Assembly: GCF_964204865.1 (NCBI RefSeq)
Contig: NC_135254.1
Coordinates: forward strand, 11,160,001 to 11,224,000
Length of the DNA: 64,000 nucleotides
Direction: 5' to 3'
DNA from: Styela clava
Lineage: Eukaryota
Shown: positions 27,301-40,142 of the stretch, piece after piece
How positions within the stretch are numbered: the first letter of the stretch is position 1
How the letters are laid out: every line of letters starts with the position of its first letter
Made by a program: the position numbers and the translations under genes
The notes under the pieces: generated by a model
The model's input: only the letters and a program-made list of their open reading frames with translations
What the model was told of the DNA's origin: nothing
The model's database searches: none

Positions 27301-28268
27301 ACTCGATGAGCTTATTCATCGGTGGTTTCTCAAATCTGCGAAAAGCTTAAAAAACACTCAAAATGTTGTTATATTGAAAGTAAAATGAATAATGTTTATA
27401 AAGCTACAACACATATCATTAAAATGAATTAGGCCCCAATATTAATTTTTAAAACTTTTTTTTGGATATATCCAACAAAACATTTATAACATTATAAAAA
27501 AATTGGTGCTTTTTAATTGAATATAAATAAATATATTGCCTAAAACTTGATAAACTAAAAATATAAATAGCTTTAAAACTTACTCCATTGCATCTTTTGT
27601 AACCCAGGATGAAGCAGCTTGCATTGAGATTGGTTGTTCAACAAAGAGGATCCTCATAACATAATGTTTCGCCAAGTCTGGAAGTTCTCTGGTATAGGTA
27701 TAGGTAGTATGGTATTTTCGTAGTATAGAATTCAAACTGAGCAGAATTGTTAACAAAACACAGTCATGCTACTGATATTCATATTAAATAAACATATTAG
27801 CATCATACATTAAAGATCCTGGGGTCAAAACCCATGCCCACCACCTCAGTCAACAAGCTGACAAACCTAAAATTCCAGTATTTTCAAAAATAGTAGCTCT
27901 GTACACACAAGTGGCTGCTCAACAACAGCCTTGTTCACATCCAGACAATGGAAATGTGAAAACAACTCATAAAAAATATAATTCCTATTATTATACGGTT
28001 TATTCACTACTGTCTGAAGGCAACATTCCCTGATTCCAGAGGATTAAATTTGCATTATAGTCTACGTTTGTTTCTAATTTCAACAATAAAAATACCGTAC
28101 AATTTTACAATCCAGATACCGTAATAATAATTTGGTCAGCGGAACCTACCTGAAAACTGCCATACAAGTCGCCGGGTGTTCATACAAGGAATCCAGAATT
28201 GCCGGAGGTAATCCAGACAAATATTGGTGTAGATTTTTACATTCCAACTTTGACCTAAGCGATGACAT
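24339..28268 (-). CDS. GTF2H4: General transcription factor IIH subunit 4 (TFIIH p52/Tfb2); 12 exons
   Basis: Colinear with p52: [140 protein letters not shown]; stop TGA at 24341-24339. Confidence 0.97.
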
Positions 28269-29863
28269 TGTGATTAAAACTAAACTCTATTAGTTTATTG
28301 GTTTAAATAAAAACAAAAGATAGGTAGAAGTAGTTCGGCTAGCCTACTTAGTCTTAGTGACACAGGGTTATAATTGCACTTATTCAGTTATTGGGCCCAA
28401 TAAATGACATTTCGGTATTAGAAAAGCTATTAACCGGTTTCTTAAACCTCTTCCTGTCTTCTGTGATACAAGAAAGTAGCAACGCCAACACACATGCCTG
28501 CATGACGGCAATTCACGAAAGTCGCTTTTGCTGTTCTAAACATATTTCCGTAGTGATTCCAGTATCAGATTATAACTTCCCTAATTGGTAGATATACCAA
28601 TTATTATACAGCGAATTTGGCATATCAGTGCACGAGAAAAAGGAATAGGCTAGTATGCGCAGAAGATGTATAATTTAAATTGCTAAAGCTGTTTCACGCG
28701 AATGTTGGTCAAGATGCAGTTTTAAGTATTTCGCGGCGTCTGGAGCTGCCGCAAAACCATGCCGGTATTCCCAAACCATGGCGCTATGGCCATACTCAAT
28801 CATGGTTAACTGACTCAATACTCATGGCGAGCACGAGTGGCGACTGACTTTTTAGCTGCCACATACCAATGGCAAATTTGAAACCAATGACGGGTGAAAT
28901 TTTGCTGCTGTAACCACAGTAGGGTTGGGACCCCGGGAAATCCCGATCCCGTAATCCCGGGAATTGGACTGTTTTTGTCAATCCCGATCCCGCAATTATT
29001 GTCTAAAAATCCCGGGATTTTAAGGCATTGTTATCTACATATAAATATTCTCACAAATGGTAGGTTATACCATTTTATTTAAAAGTAAAAATTTATTTGA
29101 AAAGTAAAATCGAGAAGGTTAACTATCGTCTTCATATATATCCACATTCCTGCGTCAAAATGATAATATTTCCAGCTTAAAATTTGTACAGTTAATTTAC
29201 AAGCGGTGACAAGAAATAGCAAAGCCGACCCTAAAGTTAAAGTCGGGAAAAAATCCTGAATTCAACCCGATATTCGACAATTCGTTACAATTATTCGATG
29301 AAAATATACTATTTTGACCACCTTCGCAATCTTTAATTACGCACGCCAGTAATCTGGCGAAACGCATGGTAGTCCAAACACAGATGCAATGAAACTTAAT
29401 AAAACCTTTATAAATTTAGAAATAAAATAAATAAAAAAATAATAAATAAATAAAATTGCACTACTTCACGAAAGCGGGGTGGAAATACAGTTATTTGCCA
29501 CTTTCATTTCTATCTCAACTGCGACAATAACACTATTGAATGATTTCGGCAATGGGAGAAACATATTGATCAGCGGTGCGTCTGAAGACCCCTTATTACT
29601 CGTGCGGCCTCACAATGTGAGGTGCCCCGATAACGCTCTCGTTTACAATGTAAGAAAACAAATCTAATATCGGTAACTATTAACCATTTGTTCGCGTTTG
29701 ACTATCGCACTCTTTATGATAAATATGTAAATCCTATCCTATCCTAAGCATTAATGCCAAGATGGCGGCGATCAAATTTTCCGCGGTGCGACAACGCGAA
29801 ACGAAGGAAAAGATCGTTACATGTTTTTCCAGTTCAGTGAAAAACATCCATATTACATATACA

Positions 29864-30698
29864 TAGGGTTACCATATTTTTTTGACTTCAAAGCAGGACG
29901 CCTCCAAAGACACGACCTCTTAGCTGTGATCCTGTAACTTTACAGTTTCCGATATTACCACATAGGCCTACATTTAAAGCCGGCTGTCCGATTGACCATA
30001 TTGTCACCGAGAGTTCATGGGCATATTCTCTGTCTAAATATCGGGTTCAGTTGAAAAATACAAAGGAATAGACGCTAACGAAACGAATGATCCGAATTTA
30101 GAATTTTTTATGTACAGAAAAAGTAATAGAGAATATGGGTGACCGTACATTTGCACCATGTTAGTCGTTGATTTGCACTCGTATGTCCGCGGGTTCAATC
30201 TATATGAGGGTGCTGGTTTGGGTCAGTATGGGTTCAAATAAATGACAAATATCCGTGAAAAAAAAATTCCATAGGTTCAATAGTATACGGGTGCAATTGT
30301 CATGGGTTCAAATGTAATGGTGCCGAATAATGAAATAGTCTGCCGTTTTCAAGCATTGAGATTTACTTATTCGCCCAAGCATGCTTTTCTGTAGAGACGT
30401 TGTTCAATGTTACATTCACGTGAACGTCCGGACAGGACCAATGAGATTGGATTTTACTTGTGATAAGTTCGCCAACAATGTTAGCGGGAAACAACGAAAC
30501 AAACGAAATAACGTATTCACCCTCAGTAAGTAAGCTAGCGTTGCGCTAAACAGCAACAATAGTAACGAGGGCATGTTCGTGTATTATGCTGGTTAGCTGA
30601 ACGCCAGAGCGGGACTTTTGGCTGACTTGTCGGGACGGCGGGACAAGATGCTAAAAAGAGGGGCTGTTGCGCCTGAAGCGGGACGTATGGTGAGCCTA
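29864..30698. mobile_element. Non-autonomous hAT-type element (TAGGG termini)
   Basis: TAGGGTTACCATA / TATGGTGAGCCTA; exact 8-bp TSD CATATACA at 29856-29863 and 30699-30706; subterminal GCGGGAC repeats. Confidence 0.85.
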
Positions 30699-30723
30699 CA
30701 TATACAGTACCGGTACTGTACTG

Positions 30724-32178
30724 CAGGGGTTCTCAAACTTTTGGCGTTGCGGAGCCCTTGAAAAGGTTGACTATTATTCACGGAGCCCCAAAATAAATGT
30801 TAAAATTGTTACTTTCTGATTAATATTCCTGAGTAAGTTAAACGTACTTTACTCAATTTAAATACTAAACACTTTTAATAGGGTTAATACAAGTCATAAA
30901 TAAATCTAAATTTCAAAGATAAATTGTATATACTAAAGCTATAAATTTGACACATGACAAACATATTAATAAATTAGGGGTCGAATCTTTTCCCCTCTTG
31001 ACAATTTTGAAAGACTTAAAAGGCTGCTAATAACGTGCGCGATTGCATTTTGTTACAATCGCCGATTGTTTTCGTCAGCATGGCGTGTTTTTGAACCTCA
31101 AACATCTTTACGCCGGTGTTTATTCTCCCTAAATAAAAAATTTCCTTCGGCATATGCATGTATTGTTCCACAATGACGATGATAATTGCTTTTTCTTTCT
31201 CGTGGGGAATTATGAGTTCAATGTGAAAAACATGTTACCATATTATAATCATCGACGACGAAATGCTAAAAATAATAGTTAATAAAGAGGTAAATCTGCA
31301 ATTCAAATTTCTTGATTAAAAAGCGGCCTTCTAAAATATTAAACTAAAACTTAATATGGAAGATAACACTATAAGTTTTGTTTCAGCAGACTCACGTCAG
31401 AATAAAAACGCTGTTATAGACATCGAAAATCATAAAATTTGGTGTTATGTTAGGTTTTCGGTTATTCATCGTAGTAACTGCGAAATTGAAACACAGTCAT
31501 TTAATTATGCGTGCGATGTACCATTTTTCCTTTCTGAAACTACCGACAGAGCCGCATGCACTAAAATAAATTTCTATCGTTCGTATTTTGCCAAGACCTT
31601 GTGATTTTTCAAACGGCGACATCTTGCTTAAAAATAATCTCGAGTGCGAAAGAACAAATAAAGTTTAACAAATCCCAAAATCGCAAAAATACGACTCCAT
31701 TTTATTTATAGTTAGCAGTTTATCACGCAGTTTATGTTATTTTAGACTAGTATTTTATCATTTTAGTAATCCTAATAGTAATTTCGAATCGAATGTGAGT
31801 AACGATGAGCACAAATAAATTATTACGACAAGACCCTTTAGATGCTCGCATCGGTCATGAATTGAATATTTTACGCAACAGAGATCTCGTTATCCGTTTT
31901 TTTTGAATCGTCAAGAATGTTGCGCGTAAATTTCCGATTTCAATTTTGAACCTCCTCCCTCTTAAGAATCCTGGCTGCGCTCCTGCTTATAAATAATGTC
32001 ATTTTTTAATTCCGCCCCTTTGCCATATTTCGAGGCTATATTTGTCAAATTTCATCAAAGCTAGTATTGCTTCTAGGAACAGTTTTAAATTAGCCAAGTC
32101 AGTATTTTGAAAAGTAATCGAATAGCTCGCGGAGCCCCTGGGTTACTCTCGCGGAGCGGAGCACTTTGAGAACCTATG
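30724..32178. mobile_element. Non-autonomous hAT (Charlie-like) element
   Basis: CAGGGGTTCTCAAA / TTTGAGAACCTATG; exact 8-bp TSD CTGTACTG; subterminal CGGAGCCCC motifs. Confidence 0.85.
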
Positions 32179-32770
32179 CTGTACTGTATAGAAACTTCTG
32201 GTAAAATCTAGGATGACCTTTGACTCTAACTTAACAGTAGCAATGATTGCTTCCGAGTCGGCCTGTTGCACGGTTTGCGCGAAACTCTATTATAGCTGTC
32301 TTGTGTCTGCTGGTCTGAGTGTTGCATCAGCATTCCATTTTGCAGAAAGATTTGGTTGCCGAAGGCTTACAGTGCATTTCTTTCGTAATGTCAATCACCA
32401 GGCATGAAATATAGCTCGAAAAAATGAATCTTGTTCACAAAACCTCATGCCAAATGTAGTCTAAACACTGAAACAGAGTTGTTATAAGTGAAAACAAGAA
32501 AATGTCAATTGCTAGATAGACAATGGGACCCCAAAGATATAACTCTTCAAGTACAAAATGTTATAATAGTACGACTGTACGGACGTACGGTAATATTACT
32601 AACCTATAACTGCAAAAACTGTATAACATTGAATTTGATAAATATCTGAATAGGCTATATCACTGTATCATGTTACCGTACCGGTATGGAGTTCTGAAAA
32701 TAAACTAACTAGGCTATATGATTACAGGATTTAGGCTAAATTGTCGAATGTATGAACTAGACCAGTCTGC

Positions 32771-33086
32771 CAGTGGTTCTCAAACTTTTTAAGCCTTTGT
32801 CGATTCTCGCTCCCCACTTTAAAAATAACCAGCTAGCAATAAGCTGCAAATAACAGATACGGTATTAAGGCGAAAAGATGTTTTATTCGAAAAACAACTC
32901 GGAAATACGTCTGTAGGTTGATGGAACGTGAATAGTGAAATAAATGAAAAGTTTTGACATGTAAATATCCAAAATAAAGCAGGCAAGATCAAATCTAACA
33001 AATATTTTCATTTTTAATTATTTCACCCCCTCAAAAACTTATCACGCCCCCATTGTGGGGCGCGCCCCACTGTTTGAGAACCACTG
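32771..33086. mobile_element. hAT (Charlie-like) MITE
   Basis: Perfect TIR CAGTGGTTCTCAAAC / GTTTGAGAACCACTG; ACCAGTC lies near both ends but the left copy is offset by 3 nt. Confidence 0.8.
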
Positions 33087-33587
33087 AACCAGTCAATTCA
33101 TGGATTTGTAAATGATTTATGTTTTAAATTAACAATACCTGAATATTGGTATTTATTGTGCATTAGGGCATAGTTTTCCGATTCCTAGATCTCCCAATAT
33201 TTGGTTCATTAAAACAAAATTCTGAAATCTATTTGTATCTGAAACGAGGGCCTCTTGCACAATGGCAGATGCGTCAGATTGTGTCACATAATATAAAACA
33301 ATCTTGATGTGCATTGGCCATCACATGAACAAAATTGCTTCTTTTGCCTAAAACTACAGAATGCTACAAACAGTAAATTTTTTTCTTTTGGTAAATCGGA
33401 TTATTTTTTTCAAAAGAATCCAATGGTTACGTTTCTAGATTGTGATTTCTTTTAGTTTATTGCTCAGTGCCAGTTTGCTAATTTGTGTCGATATGGAAGC
33501 CTAAACTGTCTCGTTAAGGGGGCTATTCTCAAAATAGGACAACTTGTCGTACTGTTCTAATGTGAAATTAATTTTATTTATTTAAAC

Positions 33588-33948
33588 CAGGGATGTGCAA
33601 TCTTTATTACAGGAGGGCCAGATACAAGTAACTATGTGAAGCCGTGGGTCGCACCTTCATTTAGGATGGTCTTTCCATTAGTTTCAGGCACAAAAAATTA
33701 TACTTCCATTATTATATAAAAATTATAACAATATGTATTATGCAACAGGATTTTACTAGCTAGTTTTGCTAATATGACAATGCCACTCAGGTACTGGTAT
33801 AGGCTTTGCGACGCCAATGGATTGAAATTGCTCGCACGTATTAGATTAACTAAACTAAAAACTCGTTTTGCGGGCACACTATTCAAAATTGGTACTTCTC
33901 CACGGGCTGCACAATTTTTTCTTGCGGGTCGCAGTTTGCACACGCCTG
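33588..33948. mobile_element. hAT-type MITE just upstream of the kinase CDS
   Basis: CAGGGATGTGCAA / TTGCACACGCCTG; exact 8-bp TSD ATTTAAAC. Confidence 0.85.
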
Positions 33949-34153
33949 ATTTAAACTAAGAAAAAAACGATCAGCTTTTTCTGATGTACCAATCCTTACT
34001 GAGGTGATCAGTTGATTGGTATCCTAGTTGGTAAGAGTATATTTCGGTATTTCTCAATGTAATGATGTAGCATAGGATCTACACGGAAATAATAGAATAA
34101 AACTGTTTTAGTATTAATCATTAACATTTTGCATTCTATTTAAAGCAACACCA

Positions 34154-36319
34154 ATGATAACATCTAAACCTCAATCTATTCCCAAATCTACTTTAAATTC
34201 AACCAATCGTCCAAATTTGCAAACGAACCAGAGCAAAGAGAAGCAGTCCGTAGAAACGTTCGACAATAACTTTGAGAATGGCGACATTCTCTTGTGTCTA
34301 AATCCCGTTGAGGATTTGAGCAATCAAAATTTCTTGTCCCAATCAAGGGAAAAGAAAAAGGTGATTTTCAAGAACCCAATCATCCAAGATGATTCCATCA
34401 AGTCAGAAAATCCAAAGAAGCGTTCTAAATCTAAGAAACAGCCACAGGTGACAACAGAGGTTGTAAACAGAAGCAAAAAAAGCTTGCTGAAAGTTTCCGT
34501 GCCCTATCATTTTGACAATGGCTTGAATGTCACATGGAGGTATACATCTACGAGATGGGCTGAAAGACTCGAGCATCTCTCTCAATTGGCACCAGGTGCA
34601 ATTAAAGTTGTGCAGTCAAAATCTTCGAACGATGCTTCTGCTTTTTACTGTGAGAATCAAAGCCATTTTATTCTGGGTAATGGGCCAGATTTCAGCACCT
34701 CCATGTTGGGAATTCTGAATAAAACCACAGAAGTTCTGATAAAGAAAATCAATGTGAAACGTGTTCCATTGCTGCTAAATGAGGTACATGTTAAATCTCT
34801 TGTTTCCTTGCCAAAATCGCCTCACATTGCTCATATTTATTTTATCGTGAAGGATAAAACGCATTTCTATGTAGTGAGAGAGTTGGGAGAGAATTCATTG
34901 AGGTATGTGATGAGAATGAGGCAGTATCTTTTCGACTCAACCAAACAACCATTGGAGTACAAACAACTTTGTCACTCTATTGCAAAATCACTTGCAGTGC
35001 TACATGGTAGTGACGTTGTTCATATGGCAATTAAACCTGAAAATGTTTTTGTTACCAACTCAGGAAATGCTATATTATCTGACTATGGCATGCATTCCAG
35101 ATCTGAAACGAAGAAGCAACAATTGTCTAACGGTAGTGGATCCCTTTGCTGGCTTCCTAGTGAGGCATTAGGAAAGGTAGACAAACCACAGTATAACAAG
35201 GCATCTGATATCGCTCCGCTTGGCATGTTGTTTTACTATATAATTACTGAAGGTAAGCATCCATTTGGTGATCCAGAAAGTGCTGCAGATACCTGTATGA
35301 ACAACATTCTACATGGGCAGTACAATTTGAAACTGATTACGGATCCACTTGCTCATCACTTGATACAAAATATGATTTACAAAGAACCAGAAAAAAGGTT
35401 TTCGATAGATAAGATTCTCAGTCATCCATATTTTTGGTCCGATTCCGAGAAAAATGTTTTTGTTAAATACCTGGTTAAGATTGTTGCTTTTGTATTGAAT
35501 GATGATATTTGCGACAAAAAAGCTAATGGTGTTCTACAAAAAATTAGGCTTGAAGGATCGCATGTGATACAGAATTTTGTTGAAATTGGAAGTTGTTTGG
35601 AAATTCCTTCAAAATTGAAAAATAATTTGACTGCAATATTACAATATGTCTTCGAATTTTCTAAGAGCAAAACCCATGACCTCAAAGAGAATGATATTTT
35701 CAGAGATTTTTGCAACATGTACCCAGGATTGTTGCTTGATTACTATTCAGAAATTACCATTGAAGATATGACAAATATGGTTGACAGTGTCAAAAGAGCT
35801 GCTGTGGAAAAGGTCAATCAATATCCAGATTTTATAGATTTGCGTACTTTGAAATCGACTTTGTCAGCTGACAGTGGTGTTGTATCTCCAAGTATGGATG
35901 TCCCAGTTGCAAAAGGAAATGGAAAAGAAAGAAATATAGGAGAATACTATGATATTGACACATTTTCATTTGATAGCAAACGCACCAGGAATCGCAACTA
36001 TTCTGATTGTTGTACATCAACTACTACTGATGATGGAATTGATCTTCTTTCTCCAATGTCTGGAAGTTTTACAGACGAAAACATGTTTTCATCTCCGGTT
36101 AAAATATTTCCAAATAATTCTCATGAATACAGCGACAAATGGAAATCATCAAATCATAGCATTATTAGCCCAGGAAGTTCTATAGACAACCATTACGAAT
36201 TCGATGGATTGGGATATTCAAATAGTGTGCCAGATTGTCGTGAGGAAACAAGTATGAAGAGTAAACGATTTTTAGCATCATTTATGCCTTTATGGACAGA
36301 TATGGATGAATTAGACTGA
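34154..36319 (+). CDS. IRE1/RNase L-like pseudokinase with degenerate KEN-like region, 721 aa, intronless CDS
   Basis: Kinase fold: LGNGPDFS, EVLIKK, HMAIKPENV, LSDYG, GSLCWLPSE, SDIAPLGMLFYYIITEGKHPFG, PEKRFSIDKILSHPYFWS. G-x-HPFG and HP(F/Y)FW are IRE1/RNase L hallmarks. No signal peptide, TM segment or ankyrin repeats visible. Splice-acceptor-like tttaaag 8 nt before the ATG. Confidence 0.85.
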   Translation: MITSKPQSIPKSTLNSTNRPNLQTNQSKEKQSVETFDNNFENGDILLCLNPVEDLSNQNFLSQSREKKKVIFKNPIIQDDSIKSENPKKRSKSKKQPQVTTEVVNRSKKSLLKVSVPYHFDNGLNVTWRYTSTRWAERLEHLSQLAPGAIKVVQSKSSNDASAFYCENQSHFILGNGPDFSTSMLGILNKTTEVLIKKINVKRVPLLLNEVHVKSLVSLPKSPHIAHIYFIVKDKTHFYVVRELGENSLRYVMRMRQYLFDSTKQPLEYKQLCHSIAKSLAVLHGSDVVHMAIKPENVFVTNSGNAILSDYGMHSRSETKKQQLSNGSGSLCWLPSEALGKVDKPQYNKASDIAPLGMLFYYIITEGKHPFGDPESAADTCMNNILHGQYNLKLITDPLAHHLIQNMIYKEPEKRFSIDKILSHPYFWSDSEKNVFVKYLVKIVAFVLNDDICDKKANGVLQKIRLEGSHVIQNFVEIGSCLEIPSKLKNNLTAILQYVFEFSKSKTHDLKENDIFRDFCNMYPGLLLDYYSEITIEDMTNMVDSVKRAAVEKVNQYPDFIDLRTLKSTLSADSGVVSPSMDVPVAKGNGKERNIGEYYDIDTFSFDSKRTRNRNYSDCCTSTTTDDGIDLLSPMSGSFTDENMFSSPVKIFPNNSHEYSDKWKSSNHSIISPGSSIDNHYEFDGLGYSNSVPDCREETSMKSKRFLASFMPLWTDMDELD

Positions 36320-37271
36320 ACCAGTCATTTATGTTATTGAAAATGATTCATTTACTAAACTAATGTGAATATGTTCTATGTTTTGATAAGGGGAAGACTG
36401 GGAAACATGACAAGCTGTAGTTCAATACTTTCACTTCTAAAATACAGTTTATATTCATTCTTTTGTTCCATATGCACTACATTTCATGCCATGCTGCTTT
36501 ATACCAGAAGCAGAAAAAATGTATTGAATTGTTTTTCAAAAAAATTTACAATCACAATTGAAACTTACAACTTGGAAATCCAACTTGATTGTTGAGAATA
36601 TTAAAAATCAGCAAATACGAGTTATGTGTTCCATAATATCATCACACGATACATTTATGATTTTATGTTATTATTCAGTTTTCTAATGCCAAATTTTCAC
36701 TAAAAGTAATTTCATATAGTTCATTGATATTACAATTGAGGGAATATTGTAAATCGTTAAAATCGGTGTTCATGTATTGTGGTGTGAATAAGATGTAACA
36801 CTTGAAATATAAAATATCTAATTTTTAAATTTGTCATTTATTCAATTTTCGCCATCCTAATCTAAATAGATATTATGCCATATTTTTCCAAAGAATGTTA
36901 TGATTTACCCACGATCAGGCCATAATTATGCTCCCAAATTTTGATCTTGTTTGCTATTGAATATGGAGTTGTAACTTGTAATACTCATATTATAGTCATT
37001 TTTGAAACCCAAATAAATGCTATAAGCTATGTGATATTTGTTTTAGGAAGTATGTAACCAAATTATTGTGCCATATTGTTCAATTTGCTACTACCAAATT
37101 TTTTAGCAGTTTTGATTACATTTCATATGTTTTGGTATTGGTGTGTGCTAGCTATACTATGGTGTTTTGACAAAATATAGCAACTTGTGCATGACCATCA
37201 TCTTTGTCTAAATATTCTAGATATTCGAACAATTGTTAGGCATGTAGTTTTACTTAATTATAGCTAAAAAC

Positions 37272-39887
37272 ATGGGGATTTATATCAACAAAGTTGGCCT
37301 TCTGTCTCAAAGATGGAATATAGCTAATAAACGGATGCTGTTGCTGCATTTGCTTCAGAATAGATGGTCATATACATCTTTGCACTTAAGAAGTTCTTGC
37401 CTCTCGGCAGCACCGGCATTAACTTCATGTGAGAAGGTCTTGTATCTTCCAGATAATGATACAAATATACCTAGGGAAAAGACAAGGAAAATATTGCCAG
37501 CTGAGCAATATCCTTCAGAATTGCAAAAATCAGATAAAGTAATATATATCGGGAATTATAAATTAATAACTCTACCCTGTGATATGGGAACAAGAGTTAA
37601 GGACCTGTTGCCTTTGACAAAACCCCATCTAGACAATAAACTTTCCACCTCTACCAATGAAGAAGTGCTTATTAGCTTTGCCAAAATTGCTTATCAAATA
37701 CTCAATGATGAGAATAGAAAAGATGAACATATTCAATGGATATCTGTGAAATCAAAGCGACTAATAAGCAGATCAGATAAAAATAAAAGTAAGAATTTCA
37801 TAATACATTATTAATTGATTTTACCAACATTTCTGGTGTATATTGATTAGATAAATACAACCGTAATACTATAATGCCGTGTCACCTATAGATTGTTTTT
37901 ATATTATTGATTACCTATCATAAAAAGATATACAATTTTGGTGCCTTTGGGCTATTTATCCTATAGACTTTTGCACAATTTCTTTTTTGTGAATATAAAC
38001 AGGTAATGATAATAAAGTTGTTGAACCGGCAGACAACCCCAAGCAGAAGATAAGAAATTTGCACACAAAATTACGCGAACAGGTATCGTAATGCTATTTC
38101 ATTTGATTTTCAAAATTCAAAACACTGCTGGGTAATGATATGTGGAAGATTAATTTTCAGTACTATTATAATCATGAAATGGTATAATTTCATGGAAAAA
38201 TAATAATGTAATTTTAAAATTTATACAATAGCATGCATCTGAAACAAAAAAAGACTTTTCCTATACTCGTCATAGAGTGGGAACAGAACGACATAACTTA
38301 CGATTAATCTGCTATTCTATTCCCTGGATAAAAGTTTATGAATCTTATCGTATAGTACTTCCAATAGTTGAACTTCCATTCATAAAATTGTGTGTTATAT
38401 TGTTCAATTCAATTCAGCTACCAATGTCGTTAACAAGAGGAAGTTCTTGGCATGACTTTAGTATTTACACACCTTCTATTGAGCTGTTAATCACAACACC
38501 GAGAAGACAAAATAACCAGTTTGTATTTCGGTAAGTCGCAGGTGACAATGACACAAAATATTTCTCATTTGAGTGTACAATCAGCTTATTTCTGGTACAT
38601 CTAAATTTTGCTCTGTTTTGCAGTGGTCTTTCTTCATATAAAAGAATAGCTCGGTGCTTCAGATTTATATGTCGGTTTTGCCTTCGAAGTCCCAGATTAG
38701 AAGTTTTACACATGTCCAGTTATGAAGAAAGGAAAACAATTGAAGTCCGATGGAGAGTAGTTGGACTGCCATTTTATTTTCAATTATTTTATTTTTTCTT
38801 ACCATCGGGTATCGCCACTAATCTTGTAAGGTAGGTCTTGTTTATTCTATTGTGCTAAAACGATTATTCATATTTATTATCTCAGTTAAGAGGAAAGTCT
38901 ATTGAACTTTGACCTCTTGTTTAGTCACCAGTCGATCATTCCAAATGTGTGAACTTGGAACTGCGAATGGTGGAGAGAGTCTCAACCAATCAATAGTCCA
39001 GCAATGACAAGCATTTTCCTAATGCGTTTCATTACAAATTTAGATAATGTTAAAACTGTTTTAACTGAATCGTGTTACTTTATGATTTGGGAAGTCTGTA
39101 AATATTATTTGATTGTGTGCGTTTCTAGACATTTGATTCAAATATATTGTCAAATCCAGAACAAATTTCCAAATCAACCTTCCTATAAATTAACTCCCAT
39201 GCAAATAAAAATATTTTCCCCGAGAACAGAATCAAAATTTTTCATTCATATAACATCATTTTATTTCTACATCAGATATTATGATTATATGTCAGTTCTA
39301 TATGTCAATGACTCAGGAAAAGTTTGGAGACATGATGTTAGCAAGGTAAGAATGAACTAACAGGTGTATTTCTCAATGTATTGGAATTAGAACATTTGTA
39401 ATATAGATCAAAATTGAAGCAACCATGTTTTCATCCTATCATAAAATGACAATGCCTTGTGCTTTGAATGAGATTGGGTACTCCCGTAGTATGTGTCCAC
39501 TTTTCCTTATTTTAGTTCTATTGCGAGTTCAGGGACTGTCTGTGTTAGCCAAGTGAATAAACCCCCTGCCGATATGCCCTCACACAAGTTGATGTAGTAA
39601 AGTAGGCGAACAAAATTAGTTACCTCCATATTGCTACATACACTTCTGGCGCATAAGGAGCAATTTGGCGTTGCCTGCCTAAATAGATGGTGGGGCTAGA
39701 GATTTCAACCCGGCCGGCGATCATAGTGAAGCCCAACGCGTTAACCAATAATTTGTCATTTTTATACCCGTAGATGAGAAGATCGTCAACTGAATCGCTG
39801 GCGTCATGGCTCCCCGCACTTCGAAAAAGACTCCAAGCAGCTTCACCAGTTATGACGACTATTGCGAGAAAAAAGTTTCCTGATTAA
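37272..39887 (+). CDS. C6orf136: C6orf136 homolog (DUF2358-like); 6 exons (37272-37788, 38003-38082, approx. 38418-38530, 38624-38830, 39276-39345, 39774-39887)
   Basis: In-frame exons LHTKLREQLP..HDFSIYT, GLSSY..RLEVLHMS..IEVRWRVVGLP, RYYDYMSVLYVNDSGKVWRHDVSK resemble human C6orf136 (LRQELP..HDYSLY..RLEVLQL..ARWRLVGLP..RTYDAYSTFYLNSSG, from memory). Confidence 0.8.
39476..39650. repeat. Copy of the 5200/62776 MITE-like family in the last C6orf136 intron
   Basis: gggtactcccgtagtatgtg start plus the shared core sequence. Confidence 0.7.
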
Positions 39888-40142
39888 CTCCGAAAATAGC
39901 GATACTGATCATTTTTGTTCTCTTCGAACTCAATAGCACTTTTATTCAACATGACATGCCCCTATAAAGTACCTTTACAAGTTCCTGCTGTTCTAATTTT
40001 TATTGAATATTTATCAACTTCAATCAAGATTGAAAATGCAAAAATAAAATTTAAAGAATTGCATCATTTACTATAGTATTGTGAAGTCAGCGTTGAAGAA
40101 AAAAGTTACATGAGCATCGATATGGCAGCTCAGTAAACTAAA

